NCBI GenBank assembly: GCA_012295275.1
Contig: CM022674.1
Location: 17,627,210 to 17,691,209 of the forward strand
DNA length: 64,000 bases
Origin: Chrysomallon squamiferum
Lineage: Eukaryota > Animalia > Mollusca
Direction: 5' to 3'
Shown piece after piece: positions 13,913 to 27,431 of the stretch (the first letter of the stretch is position 1; the number at the start of each line of letters is the position of its first letter). A model generated the notes under the pieces. The model was not told where the DNA came from, searched no databases, and was given only the letters and a program-made list of their open reading frames with translations. The position numbers were made by a program, and so were the translations under genes.

Positions 13913-16900
13913 TAGATAGATAATATATATAAATATTTATTTATTTATATATATATACAGTCATAGATTGATATATATATAAATACACTGAAAACGTATA
14001 AGATCAAAGTGACTACTTGACGGTTTAAGTATAGTCATGGTACAACCGAAATGACTGTTGTAATATAATTATTTGTACCAGTCGTACAGAGACCTTGCAT
14101 TACATTTTCATTTTTACGTGACGATATAAACTAATTACAATGCATATGCTCATAGAATGCAAAGAGAGGGATTAAGGACTTATAGAAACAAGAAAATATA
14201 AGGGAAATAAGTCAAAACTAATAACTAAAGTAGGTGTATTTTCTGTAATAATTAACTAATTAACTTCCTATCTTCGCGCAATAACAGTATTTTTCTCCAT
14301 CAAGCATACATTCTTTATAACACATTGGTTAAAAAGCTACTGGAAACTAAATATTTTTTAGAAAATAAATCAGATGGCCATTTTTGTGATTTTAAAATCG
14401 CAAATAATTCGAGATTCGAGACACAATTATCGATGAAAAATACCATTAAATCATTTCGGAAATCTTCTTTCTATGATTCATAAGTAAGACGTAAGTAATT
14501 TAAGAAAAATAATCTAATATAATCCATCCTCGAACACGTCATACAACAGGAATTGTATGTCCGCCATGACACTTTAGCGATACATCGCCGAGATGAACGT
14601 GTTTGACGAGGTAAAGAATTCAATTAGCATCTTTGCAGCATCTTGATAACATTTCAAACAATAAGATAAAAATACGAACTGATTGTATACTGTGAAATAA
14701 ATAAAGAACCAACAGAAACTACAAAAAACAATACAGTATAAGTTTTCCTTACCAGCAGAAGTGACACAACTTATTCGCCATCTCCTCGCTCTGTTAATCA
14801 CCCAGCAATGAGCTACTTTGTGTAGCTTTCAGAGTGCTCCGGGCAGACACTGTTTATTTATTATTTATTTATTTGTTCGAGGTCACTGGTTTAGCTGAAT
14901 GCATTATCACTGAGAGTTGGCTAAAATGTCAGTCAGTTTTCTAAGTGTGTCATGTTTCTGAAATATGATTTCAGGTTAAAGTCAAAATGATATTGGGCGG
15001 ATTATCAACAATGTTGAAGAAAATTATAATACTGCTGTACCTCAAACGTAAAACTGATATGAAATAAATATTTTAATTTTTTTTTAATTCTCTCATGTGT
15101 AAGGGTTTTTTAATTAAATTAAGTAGGCCTAACTAAAAAATAAAAATCTGACGTCTAATCCACTGAAACACTTCAAAGTGGAATGAACAAACAGGCACAG
15201 CAGTAGGAAGAAAAGTAAATGTGTTATTATACTGACTGTTAAAATTATATTTAAAAACAAAAACACATTTTAATCAAAACCGTCACAAAAATGAACTGAA
15301 GAATAAATGTAAAATAAATAAATGAATATGAAATAAATAAACAAACACAAAGAAGTGAATAAAGAAAGAAAGAACGAAGTAGAATCTGGATACGGACATT
15401 TGCCCCCCCCCCAATAATAAAGTGCATAGGCGGAAAAATCCACAAGCAGAAATGCAAGATAGGATAAATGTTCCACGAATTAACATAAAATGTATATCGG
15501 ATAATTATAATAATTACAAAAGGAAAAACAGACATAACATTCAGTCATTGTTTATAAAATAGCCTTTCACTTTATTGTTAATTGTGGGATTTATGCAATT
15601 ATTTAATAGGTCAAGTAAATTGGGTGTGACGAGCTTTAATGAATGAATAACTTTAAAAATAATTAGTATGACAGGTGACATAGCATAGCTTGGACAATAT
15701 GAAATGATTTTTCACTTGACACTGACAACACTGATTTCGATGTAAGTTTTAAATTAATTTATTACACGTTTGCAGTGAGAAAAAAACCTCCATGAATGGA
15801 TGATTGTACCCTTTCCTCTTTGGCTTGCATGTGGACTCAGCTTTTGATGCGTTTTAAACAGCCAGAAACTAATCGCTTCATTAACTAGGTTTAATATATT
15901 TAAAAAAATAATAATAAAAAAAAATAAAAAAAAAAATAAGAAAATAAAACAAATTGGGTAATATATTTTAATTCAATCCTTAACAAGTTAGTCTTGGAAT
16001 AAATCACCGAGCTGGCAATAATGCGTTCTATATAGTAATTTTTTGTGAAATGCAGAGATTCCTTTGAACTACAAAACAGATTATAGAAGCTAATTGTTTA
16101 TCTAAGGGGCCTACCTGACGTTTGTTTAGTCACTTTCTTTCTGTATCTTTAGTTTTTGTTTGCGCTGTTGAGCTATATCTCCTTTTCTCTGTGTTGTACA
16201 TATATTTTTGTGGTTACATCTAAACCAACGTCCAATAATGTAAAATGTAGACAACAGACCTGACCTTCCTAATGTTAAGGAGTCCAGTCTCTCACACCGG
16301 ATAATGTTATTAAATGTTTGCTACGTTCTTTAAACGATGGCACAATGCACACATAACACAGTGTATTGTTTGTGCGTCTGTCTGTGTGTGAATGTAAATT
16401 TGTATAACGTTATCACTACATTCTTATTAATATATGGATAGATAGATAGATAGATAGATAGATATATATAGATATATTGAGAGATAGATTGAGAGATAGA
16501 TATAAAGATAGTGACAATTTATAAGATTATGGGGACTACTTGACTGATTAAGTATAGTCATGGTACAACCGAAATGAATGGTGTAATAACATGATTTGTA
16601 CCAGTCGTACAGAGACCTTGTATTACTTTATCATTCTTTCTCGATGATATAGACTAATTACAATGCATATACTCATAGAATGCAAAAAGAGGGATCAAGG
16701 ACTTATAAAAACAAGAAAATATAAGGGAAATAACTGAAAACTAATAATTAAAGTAGGTGTATTTTCTGTAATAATTAACTAATTAACTTCCTATCTTCGC
16801 GCAATAACAGTATTTTTCTCCATCAAGCATAGATTCTTTATAACACATTGGATAAAAAGCTACTGGAAACTAAATATTTTTTAGAAAATAAATCTGATAG

Positions 16901-17378
16901 CCATTTTTATGATTTTAAAATCGCAAATCATCCGAGATTCGGGACACAATTATGGATGATAAATACCATTAAACCATTTAAGACATTTGTTTTCTATGAT
17001 TCTTAAGTAAGATGTAAATAATCCAATATAATCCATCCTCAAACATGAGTCATATAACAGTAATTTTGGTCCGCCATGACACTTTATCGATACATCGCCG
17101 AGATGAGCGTGTTTCACGAGGTAAAGAATTCAATTAGCATGTTTGCAGAATCTTGATAAAATTTCAAACAATAAGATAAAAATACGAATTGTATACTGTG
17201 AAATAAATAAAGAACTAACAGAAACTACAAAAAACAATATAGTATAAGTTTTCCTTACCAGCAGAAGTGACAGAATTTATTCGCCATCTCCTCGCTCTGT
17301 TAATCACCCAGCAATGAGCTACTTTGTGTAGCTTTCAGAGTACTCCGTGCAGACACTGTTTATTTATTTATTTATTTA

Positions 17379-17469
<91 letters not shown>

Positions 17470-17968
17470 TTGATGTTCTGATACAATTTTTTTTGTTACA
17501 TACTGAAAATAATTCGCCTGGCTTACACGCCCATCTCTCAAGTTTCATCTTCTTTATGTACTTTATTCTAAAAAGCAGTTTGTTCTAGGTCACTGGTTTA
17601 GCTGAATGCATTATCACTGAGAGCTGGCTACAATGTCAGTCAGTTTTCTGAGTCTGTCATGTTTCTGAAAGATGATTTGAGGATAAAGTCAAAAACATAA
17701 TGGGTGGGTTATCATCAATGTTGAATAAAATTATAATACTGCTGTACCTCAAAAGTAAAACTGATATGAAATAAATATTTAAATTTTACTTTTAACTCTC
17801 TCGTGTGTAAGGGTTTTTGAATTAAATTAAGTAGACCTAAGTAAAAAAAAAAAAAAAAATGGCGTTTAATCTACTGAAACACTTTTAAGTGGAATAAACA
17901 AACGGGCACAGTAGTAGGAAGAAAAGTAAATGTGTTATTATAGTAAATGTGTGTGTCTGTGTGTATAT

Positions 17969-17970
<2 letters not shown>
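10937..17970. repeat. Three tandem copies of a ~2.2-2.6 kb unit (approx. 10937-13143, 13144-15747, 15748-17970)
   Basis: The anchor 'gcagtgagaaaaa...catgaatggatga.tgtaccc' recurs at ~10960, ~13168 and ~15772. The duplicated ORFs 12647-12931 and 15251-15535 are 2604 bp apart. Confidence 0.92.
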
Positions 17971-18011
<41 letters not shown>

Positions 18012-19545
18012 TTTTTTTTTTTACACTGAATTCACAGAAAAAGTTATATATTCACTCTGTGTTTGAAATAAATTCACAACTATTGTGAATAAATATTTTT
18101 ATTTTACACTAGTTTCACTTTCTTTCCATTGGTTATTAATAAAGACAAGTAACAATTGATTCAAAAGTTAAAAAGATTTTTTATTCACAAAAATCATGAT
18201 TATTAACTGATTTACAACAATTTTTTTTTTTTTTTTAAATGGTTAACAAACAAATCGAAGATATTTTACAAATTATTAAAAGGATAATGAGCAAACAGTT
18301 TGGAATGATTTTTCATTCTCAATGTTCAATCATGCCTGTACTGGGCACCCTATTCGAGTAAATTTAGAAGTTAATTTCACTGATAATTAATTGCAAACAT
18401 TTAAATTAAAATTAATAATCATTAAACATAATTATTATTAATAAGAAAATATGAAATACTAATTATAATAACAAATTTAATTTAAAATGTACAATAATTA
18501 TTACCTATATGAAAATGAAAAATGATATTAATAATAACAAATTACATTTAATTTAAAATACATGTATGTAAAATAATTGTTAAATCATAATTATTTTTTC
18601 AGTACGAAAATGTAAAATAATAATTATCATAACAAATTAGGAATAAGCTGAACACTCACAATGACTGTTTTATGGCTAAACACAAAGCCTGGATTTCATC
18701 TAGTTTTATCACAGTTCAGTTTTTTCCCTTTCATGGTTTAATAATGTGTTATGAATCTGCTAATGTAAAAATATTATAACAGTAATCTGTTATGAATAGG
18801 GAAATAAAAAAGCAATTGTTATTCTAAAATAAAATATGCAATGAAAGTATTATGCTAAATATTATGAATAAAATTAAAAATATAACTTTTGTAACAATGT
18901 AACAATTAGGAATGGGGAAAAGCAAAATATTTATTACGTATTTGTTTGTTTTTTCTGAATATTCAAATGTAAAATATAACAAATTATGAATGATCAAATG
19001 TTAACTGAAAAAAAGACAAATAAAAATGTATTACAACTTTCTTCATTTCAGAACATTTTAGTAACAGCAGTATGTAAGTGCATGTATTCATGTATGTATG
19101 TATGTATGTATGTATGTATGTATGTATGTATGTATGTATGTTTGTATGTTTGTAGTCCATATACTTGTATGTGTGTGTGTTTATGAGCATATACAGAAAA
19201 GATGAACACAATACAAGTCAATAAAAATAATTTAAGTGGGATTTTGTATACATATTGTAAATATAAAGAAATGAGAAAGAGTTCTGTTAACATATTCAAA
19301 AACAGGTTTAATAACAGATGTAAAGTTATTCTTCAAAAATAAATTATATATATATATATATGGTGTTTTTTTGGAATATATTATATTGATAGGTATCTGG
19401 AATCATGGATAAAAGGTATTTGTGAAGGCAAACACACGCACATATGCATAAGTATATTGGCACAAATGTATACATGCAAACATATATATATATATATATA
19501 CTAAAGGATATATATATACACATATATATATAACACAAAGGATAG

Positions 19546-19576
<31 letters not shown>

Positions 19577-19602
19577 TGTGTGTACAAATATATATCTATC
19601 TA

Positions 19603-19651
<49 letters not shown>

Positions 19652-19668
19652 ATAGATAGGCACATCAA

Positions 19669-19699
<31 letters not shown>

Positions 19700-20880
19700 T
19701 ATATACACACACATACACACACATACACACATATACACACACACAGACCCTGTACACAAAATGTGGATTCACATGATGTAATTTTCTAAAGAACATTTTC
19801 AATGTAACTCCATTCACTGATTACACTGATTTCTTTCAATGAACATTGCAACAAATGACAGCAAAATAATCTTATTTCCAGTACACTCAAAATTACCACA
19901 CGTAATTATAAACATCTTTGGTAATATAAATCTTGCGTGTGACAGAAATTTTTTTTTTTAAGAATAATGTGGTTTTTTGGGTGTTTTGTTTAAATGGTAT
20001 AAATACATACAGATATTATAACACAGCCACTGATAAAGTAATGGTATTATAATATACATGTTAATAATTATAGTGTACAAATGCATAATACAGTGATCAT
20101 AATTAATTGTATAATGACAATATTAAACAAATCATGTCCAATTAAATATACATCTGATCAAAGGAATTTATATAAAGATTTTACCAGCTGGTGCAAAACA
20201 TTTGATACATATAATTACAAATAAACAGTCAAAAAATATATTAGTTTGCACATAAAAACAGACATAAAGTATATATATTCATACATGAATACACTGAAAC
20301 ATACATTCTGTATATTTATATGTTATTAATTTATTGTTTTGGTTCATCTATCACTGCATCTAACAAAGTATGACAATAAAATAATATGAAATAATGTTAG
20401 AAATGAATATGTATTTCAAACCAATTATAACACCCTGTGTTATGTTGTTATACTTAATTATTAATTAAGATTGGACAGCAAAAAATATAAAATAAATAAA
20501 ATAGAATTTGGAAATATGCAGACTATTTCTTCGTATCACCAAAAATAAATTTAATAAAAACTTTTAGACCACTTTCTCAAGCAATAGTTAAATGCACTTA
20601 GCAAATTAATGTAGAATAAAATAATTTAAAAAAAGGGTATTATTGTTTCTGTAATAAAAGAAGAAGAATAACAAATGTTCTGATTCACAACCTTTATAAA
20701 AATCATTTCAAAACAGTAAGAAAACAAAATACAACCATGTAAGTTAAACTAACAATCTTAAACCTGTAGTTTCTTAATCAGCAATTTCGTCCAAAGTGTT
20801 TACAATCAGTTCCATATGTTAAAATGTCGAACAATAAATTCAGCTTGACCTAACCATTAAAGTTAATTATTTGTTTGTCT

Positions 20881-21607
20881 TCACGTTTCAATTTTTCTGT
20901 CAATTATTTTCTGAAATGATCCAGACTGATTTTGTACATTCTTCAAGGTCTGAAGAACCTGTAAATAAAAAGGGAAGAAATAGTGGCAGGTTATTTTGTG
21001 TATGACATTTACGTAGATATTTAAGTATATTATAACTGTTAGTTACTGGCAAATGATTGCAGTGTGATGTCGCCCATCATTTGTACAGTAAGTAGCAATT
21101 TTTATTTATTAACATATTATTTGTTTAATCCTCATTTCTTATTTTTGTCTTAAATTAATTATTTTATTTTATTAATTAGAGAGAGAAATACACAGAGAGG
21201 TACAGATATGTATAGCTTTGTTTTGTTCTGTTTTGTTTTTGTTTGTTTAAGTTTTTTTGATGGAGGAATTATTTTTATTCATATTTAAATTGTAATTAAT
21301 ATTAGACAGGTTTTTTTTTAAAGTTTTTTTTTGGAGAGCTGTTAAGGGGAGACAACTCACCTTTTTAATGGTTGGCCTGTCCTTTGAGTGCTGTGACCAG
21401 CAACTCTGCATGAGATCTTTGTACTGCGGCATCATGTTTGTTACACTGTTCAGCCGCGGCCTGCTTCCACGATTCACCAGCTCTATCACCTGTAAACACA
21501 CTGCTGTTGTTTAACACACACATCAACATATCACAGGTGTGTACATACTAATGTGTGTTTGTACACCAACGCTCACAAACACACACACTCACACACACAT
21601 GGTTTGA

Positions 21608-21654
<47 letters not shown>

Positions 21655-22128
21655 CAAGTGCATGTAAATAAACTAATTTATACATGCATTTGGATACTAA
21701 TATAAGTACCTTTACAGAGATACATATGCATTCAAGTATGCAAAAACACATATATAGAGAAATATATTAATAAATCAACTCAAATACATTTGTACACAGA
21801 TACATGCAGACACATTCACACCCACACATATATTATTGCACATATATATACACATGCACACACTCAAACAATATACACAAATACACACAAAAATAACAGA
21901 TTGTATCACACTACATCTTGCTATGTGGTGGTATCTTCAAACTGGTCTTAACACACACATACACACACACACACATACACAAACAACAAATTGTATCAAA
22001 TTACCTCTTCCTCCTTCCAAACACATCCACACACAAACACACAAACATATACACAAACAAATCACATCAAACTACACCTTCTGTGGTCTCATCAAACAGG
22101 TCTTATCACACAAACACACACAGAAACA

Positions 22129-22165
<37 letters not shown>

Positions 22166-22267
22166 AAACAAACACACACATACAAAAACACACACACACA
22201 CACAAACACATAAAAATCACATCAAACTACCTCTTCCTCTGTGGCGATCTCTTCAAACAGGTCTTAA

Positions 22268-22324
<57 letters not shown>

Positions 22325-22764
22325 CGTCACACATACAGTGACACAAACACACAAAAATCACATCAAACTACCTCTTCCTCGGTGACGATGTCTTCAAATG
22401 GGTCTTCACAGACAAACAGCTCCCACATTACAAGTCCAAACGAGTAAACATCGGCTGCCGTTGTGATCACTGCATCATCCTCGAGTACAGTGGGGTTCTG
22501 CAGTATTTCTGGAGCTGTCCAGCGAATGTTGGCTGGACATGCACTGTAGTTACGACGACCTGTAAAGTTACCTGTGTCTTTGTACAGTCCATTTAGTAAC
22601 TATTCTAAAACTTAACAGCTGTTGAGATTAAATTTTATGTTTCTTTTATTTTTATTTTTAAATGAATATTTTAAGATTATATACATACTTACATACACAG
22701 ATACACACACACACACACACACACACATATAAACACATACACACCTAGTTAAACATAAATGGAC

Positions 22765-22805
<41 letters not shown>

Positions 22806-23476
22806 TATACACATACATATGTATACAAAAACTATACATACATTAACATATGCAGTTATACTCTCATATTTATATATACAAACATTAATGTTCAAATATG
22901 TACCCTTATTGAATTATATTAATAAACTACTAGAACACATGAACAACAGAAAATCTTAAATGGTTTCATATCAGTCTACAGCTTTGCTAATGGGAGATAA
23001 CTCTGCCAAGAAAAACACATAATATTGTCTACCATAGTTCTTAAAAGGCATTATGGGTAAAGTATAAAAACATATTTTCTTTATTTAATTTTTTATTTAT
23101 TTATTTATTTATTATCATTATCAGTACTTTATATAAATAATCATTATATGTATAAGATTTTTATTTTTATATTAAATCTCTCATTTTTGCATTAAAATAT
23201 TCACATAAAGATTCACCAATACTAAGCTAAAAGTTTATTTTCCTTTTGAAATAAAATCTTGGTCTTCTACATCCATGTTTTTCTCACAGAAATGGGAACA
23301 GACTGATACAAATTCAATAATTTCTATTTATTGTTCAGTTACTGACTCTTGTTCATAACAATAATGTCTGCCATTTTTCTTTCAAGGAATTGTGGGTAAA
23401 ACTCACAGCAGCAGTCTTCCTTTGTACAGTTCTGTCTTAGTGGCTGTATCATTTTTGTCTGTCCAAAATCAGCAAC
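20881..23476 (-). CDS. TKL/tyrosine-kinase-like protein kinase C-lobe, 4 exons (23476-23407, 22559-22372, 21489-21361, 20958-20881); N-lobe not found
   Basis: Phase-compatible GT-AG exons give VADFGQTKMIQPLRQNCTKEDCC / CRRNYSACPANIRWTAPEILQNP...AADVYSFGLVMWELFVCEDPFEDIVTEEE / VIELVNRGSRPRL...YKDLMQSCWSQHSKDRPTIKK / VLQTLK...KIET*. This contains the DFG, RWTAPE, DVYSFG and CW..RP motifs of subdomains VII-XI. Confidence 0.9.
21905..22407 (-). repeat. Intronic minisatellite derived from the 3' end and donor site of a kinase exon, interleaved with (CA)n
   Basis: 'cacatcaaactacctcttcctc.gtg.cgat.tcttcaaa..ggtctt' at the true exon end (~22358-22407) has degenerate copies at ~22217, ~22063, ~21995 and ~21905. 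Confidence 0.8.
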
Positions 23477-23925
23477 CTGAAATTTTATAAAAATTAAAAT
23501 TTATTTATAATTCACCAAATTTGTCTTTAAGAATCTGAAGTATAGCCTACAAGAACCTTGTTTGAAACAAACCTCTTAAGAAAATAATAAGAAATTTTAT
23601 TTTAAAAAAAACAACAATTCTACTGACATTGTCAGAACAGTCAGAGATTGTGTTCATGATAACCATGAATTAAAAACTCTTTGACAGCAGAAAAACGAAA
23701 TATTATAGTTGACCACACCAAGCGTGCTTTAACAGATCTTTGAATGGAATGTAAAAAGTTAGAATGAAATTTAAAATAATAATTCTTTTAAAATTCTCCA
23801 CATCTCTTTTAAACTGATTTATAATTTTTTTTATTTATTTGTTTTCTTATTTTTATTAATATTTTATTTTATTTTATTTTATTTTATTTTATTTTATTTT
23901 ATTTAATTGCTGGAAATAAATTACG

Positions 23926-24002
23926 AGGGATCTTTTATATGCACTTTCACTAAAACTACTTGGCCTATGATCCAACAATAACAGAGCACTGTCTGACCTG
24001 GG
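23926..24002. mobile_element. Short SINE-like fragment
   Basis: 'gggatcttttatatgcactttc...ggcctatgat...gagcactg' resembles a conserved invertebrate SINE central domain. This is recognised from memory only. Confidence 0.35.
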
Positions 24003-24919
24003 AATACACAATTATGTTGTTATGAGTGTGTAACTAATACACTAGATTAAGATCACATTACTGACACTATTAAATTATTATCTAAATTTGTTATCTACAT
24101 ACTGAATATAAACAATTACTCTGTATAGTGTGCACTGTAAGCTACATAATAAGGTGTAAAGAAATATAACTCTCCAGTGAGGTTTAATGTGAGTGTTGTA
24201 TGATGTACCAAGTGTTATAACATTATTTGTATAAATAATTTTGTTACTAGGTAAATAGGTTAGTATTGGAGAGGACTTAAAATTCATCATCATTCGATTA
24301 GCACATCAGTAAAAATAAAACAATTAATTGGTTTATTGTTGTTGTTTGCGTATGTTTCTATTGTTGCTGTTTTTTTTATTTGTTGTTTTTTTTAACTGGT
24401 TTTTTATTTTTTATTATTATTATTATTTTTATTTTACTTAAACTTTGAAAATATTCAAATTAAATGTCACACATTTATTGAAATTTTCTTCAAATTGGTG
24501 AAATGTGATTAATGGCAGACTTGAAAAGAGCTCTGCAAATTACAAAACTACAATAACAATAACAACAACAACACCAACAGCAACAATAATCATTTTAGTT
24601 ATATGTGATGAGTTGTTCAGCTATTATTCAAGTGTTTCATTTAGAAAATATTTTTCTACAAATGTACTCCAAGATATTGAAAGTTGTGTTCATGTCATGA
24701 CTAGAAGATATCTTTTTTCTTTTATTTTCTGATTTTTTTTATAGATTTTTTAATTCCTTTCTTTCTTTCTTTTCTTTCTTTCCTTCTTTTCCTTTTCTTT
24801 CTTTCTTTCTTTTATTTTCTCTTTTTGTTTGCTGGAAGAGGGAATTTTTTGGGGTGGGTTTTCTCTAGTAGTAGTAGTAATAGAAGTGGTAATATATTTA
24901 TTATGATTATTATTATTAC

Positions 24920-24997
<78 letters not shown>

Positions 24998-25011
24998 TAC
25001 AATACATTTAC

Positions 25012-25657
25012 CTGAATTATTGACAGTCAAACAGCCATTTGGACAACAGCACTGGTGATGAAGTTCTGCTGTCTATAAACAAATAAATAAATATATTTGA
25101 AAAATGCATCCAGTAAAATAATAAATTAAAACAATAATGAATACAGCAACAAAGCATGAAGAAATGGACACAAAATTAATTATTATATTTTCAACAAATC
25201 TTGCATGTGAAGCAAAAAAAATGGAGAAGAAAAAATGTATTTTAGTTTATCCTACCTAATGAATGCACACTTTTAAAATCCCATATTTTAAAATTTGAAC
25301 CTTATAAAGAGTGCCAAAAATTCCTGTTTTCAAATTCCAAAATTTACAATTATTATTTTTGATTTTTAATATTAACACTGCACCTATTTTTAAAATACTT
25401 TATATGAACTTCCCAAATTTTATATTTAAAATTTCATACCACATTTCCAACACCAGAATCTTCAATAATTTTAAACAAACCATCATCAGGTTCTTTTCTC
25501 GTTGCATCACAAATTAACTTAATTATTGTTTTCCTTTGTTGCACTGACCTAAAAAAACAACAACATTTGTTTAAATAAATATATAAATAAATTAATGTTA
25601 TTCTTTTTATTTACATCAAAGTCATTTTTGTTTAAATGTTACTTTAGACGTGTGTGT

Positions 25658-25715
<58 letters not shown>

Positions 25716-26517
25716 CCAATGTTTAGAAATATGAAATTTTGTAAATTATATACCCTGAAAATAAAAGTATGTTGTTATGCTTATAAATATAAGACCAGTA
25801 TCTATCGAATGCAATAAAACTATTTTTATATATATTTATAAATAAAACACATACACATTAAAAATTAATTCTTATTATTTAAAAATGATATCTGCAAGTA
25901 TTTATATACATTAAAAGCAAATTATTTTTATTTACAAATATTAAATTTGCACATATAGCAATCTGAAAGACCATACATTCAAATATTCACAAATATAAGA
26001 TCTATTTTACCTATATATTCAGCAAAAATAAATTCTAATAATTTATTTATGAATATAGTGAATAAATGTTTGTTAATTCATATACAACAGAAACATTATT
26101 CTGTTTAGAAATATGAGATTTACATCTACTTATATCAAACAAAAACAAATTTCAATATTTGTTAACATGAAATATGTACAGATCTGTATGCAACAAAAAT
26201 AATTAATTTTGATTATAAATACTGAATTGTTTATAAAATTCATAATTATATTTTTGTTTTTAATATTATGAAGAGAAAATGTGTCTGTGTACATACTAAT
26301 GAAGTTTGTACATGCTTATAAATCTAGTGAAAATAAATGCAATCTGCATGTACCTATCAGCATTAAGAACAAAACTGTTTATTTAAAATTTTTAGATCTT
26401 TGCTACCTGTAATCTTCAAAACAAATATATTTAGATATATAAATTAAAATTTTAACATACTTTCAATAAAACCATGTTCTTTTGTTCTTCTTCTTATTCT
26501 TCTTCTTATTATTATTG

Positions 26518-26560
<43 letters not shown>

Positions 26561-27275
26561 TAAAGTAGCTAATAATAATTATTATTTTTTTTTTTTTAAT
26601 CATCATCATTACTGATCTTAATGTATATAAATGTAACTGTACCTACATGAATAAAACAAATTCTTATATCGATTAAACCTAAAATGAAATTTAAGAAATG
26701 TTGCTGTATATTTCCAATTACTAAATACAAATAATGATCCACTGATAAATATGAAGTGTGTAAGTACTTGTCTCCAGTAAAGACCAGTGCTGAGTTGGTG
26801 TGGTTGTTCCTGATATCTCGAATGACTTGGAACTTGGCGTAGTTCTGCAAACCAAGAGTAAAATATTGTTTCTGTTCTTTGATGTTGAACTTACATACCT
26901 GATAAAAAAAAAAAATTTAAAAAAAAAAAAATGAAAAAGAGATGAAACATTTTGTAGCTGACAGTTAAACATTAATTAATAATTATAGAAACAGAGAGCA
27001 AGAATGTGTGTAAGTGAAAGACAGACAGTGAAAGGGAGAAAGAAAGAAAGGTATAAACAGGGAAAAAGAAATACAGATGGAGAATGAGAGACAGAAAGAA
27101 TGAGAGAGATATAGAAATAGACTGATAGAGAATAAGACAGTGAAAGAGAAAAAGAGAGTGAGAGAGACAGAGAGAAAATGAGAGAGAGAGTAATTGATGG
27201 GGTAGAAAATGAGATAGAGAAAGAGAGAGAAAGAATGCGGGCAAAATAAATAACAGAGATGAAAACAAAAAGTGA

Positions 27276-27344
<69 letters not shown>

Positions 27345-27370
27345 TAAACTATTTGTCAAGGCTAATTAAA

Positions 27371-27431
<61 letters not shown>

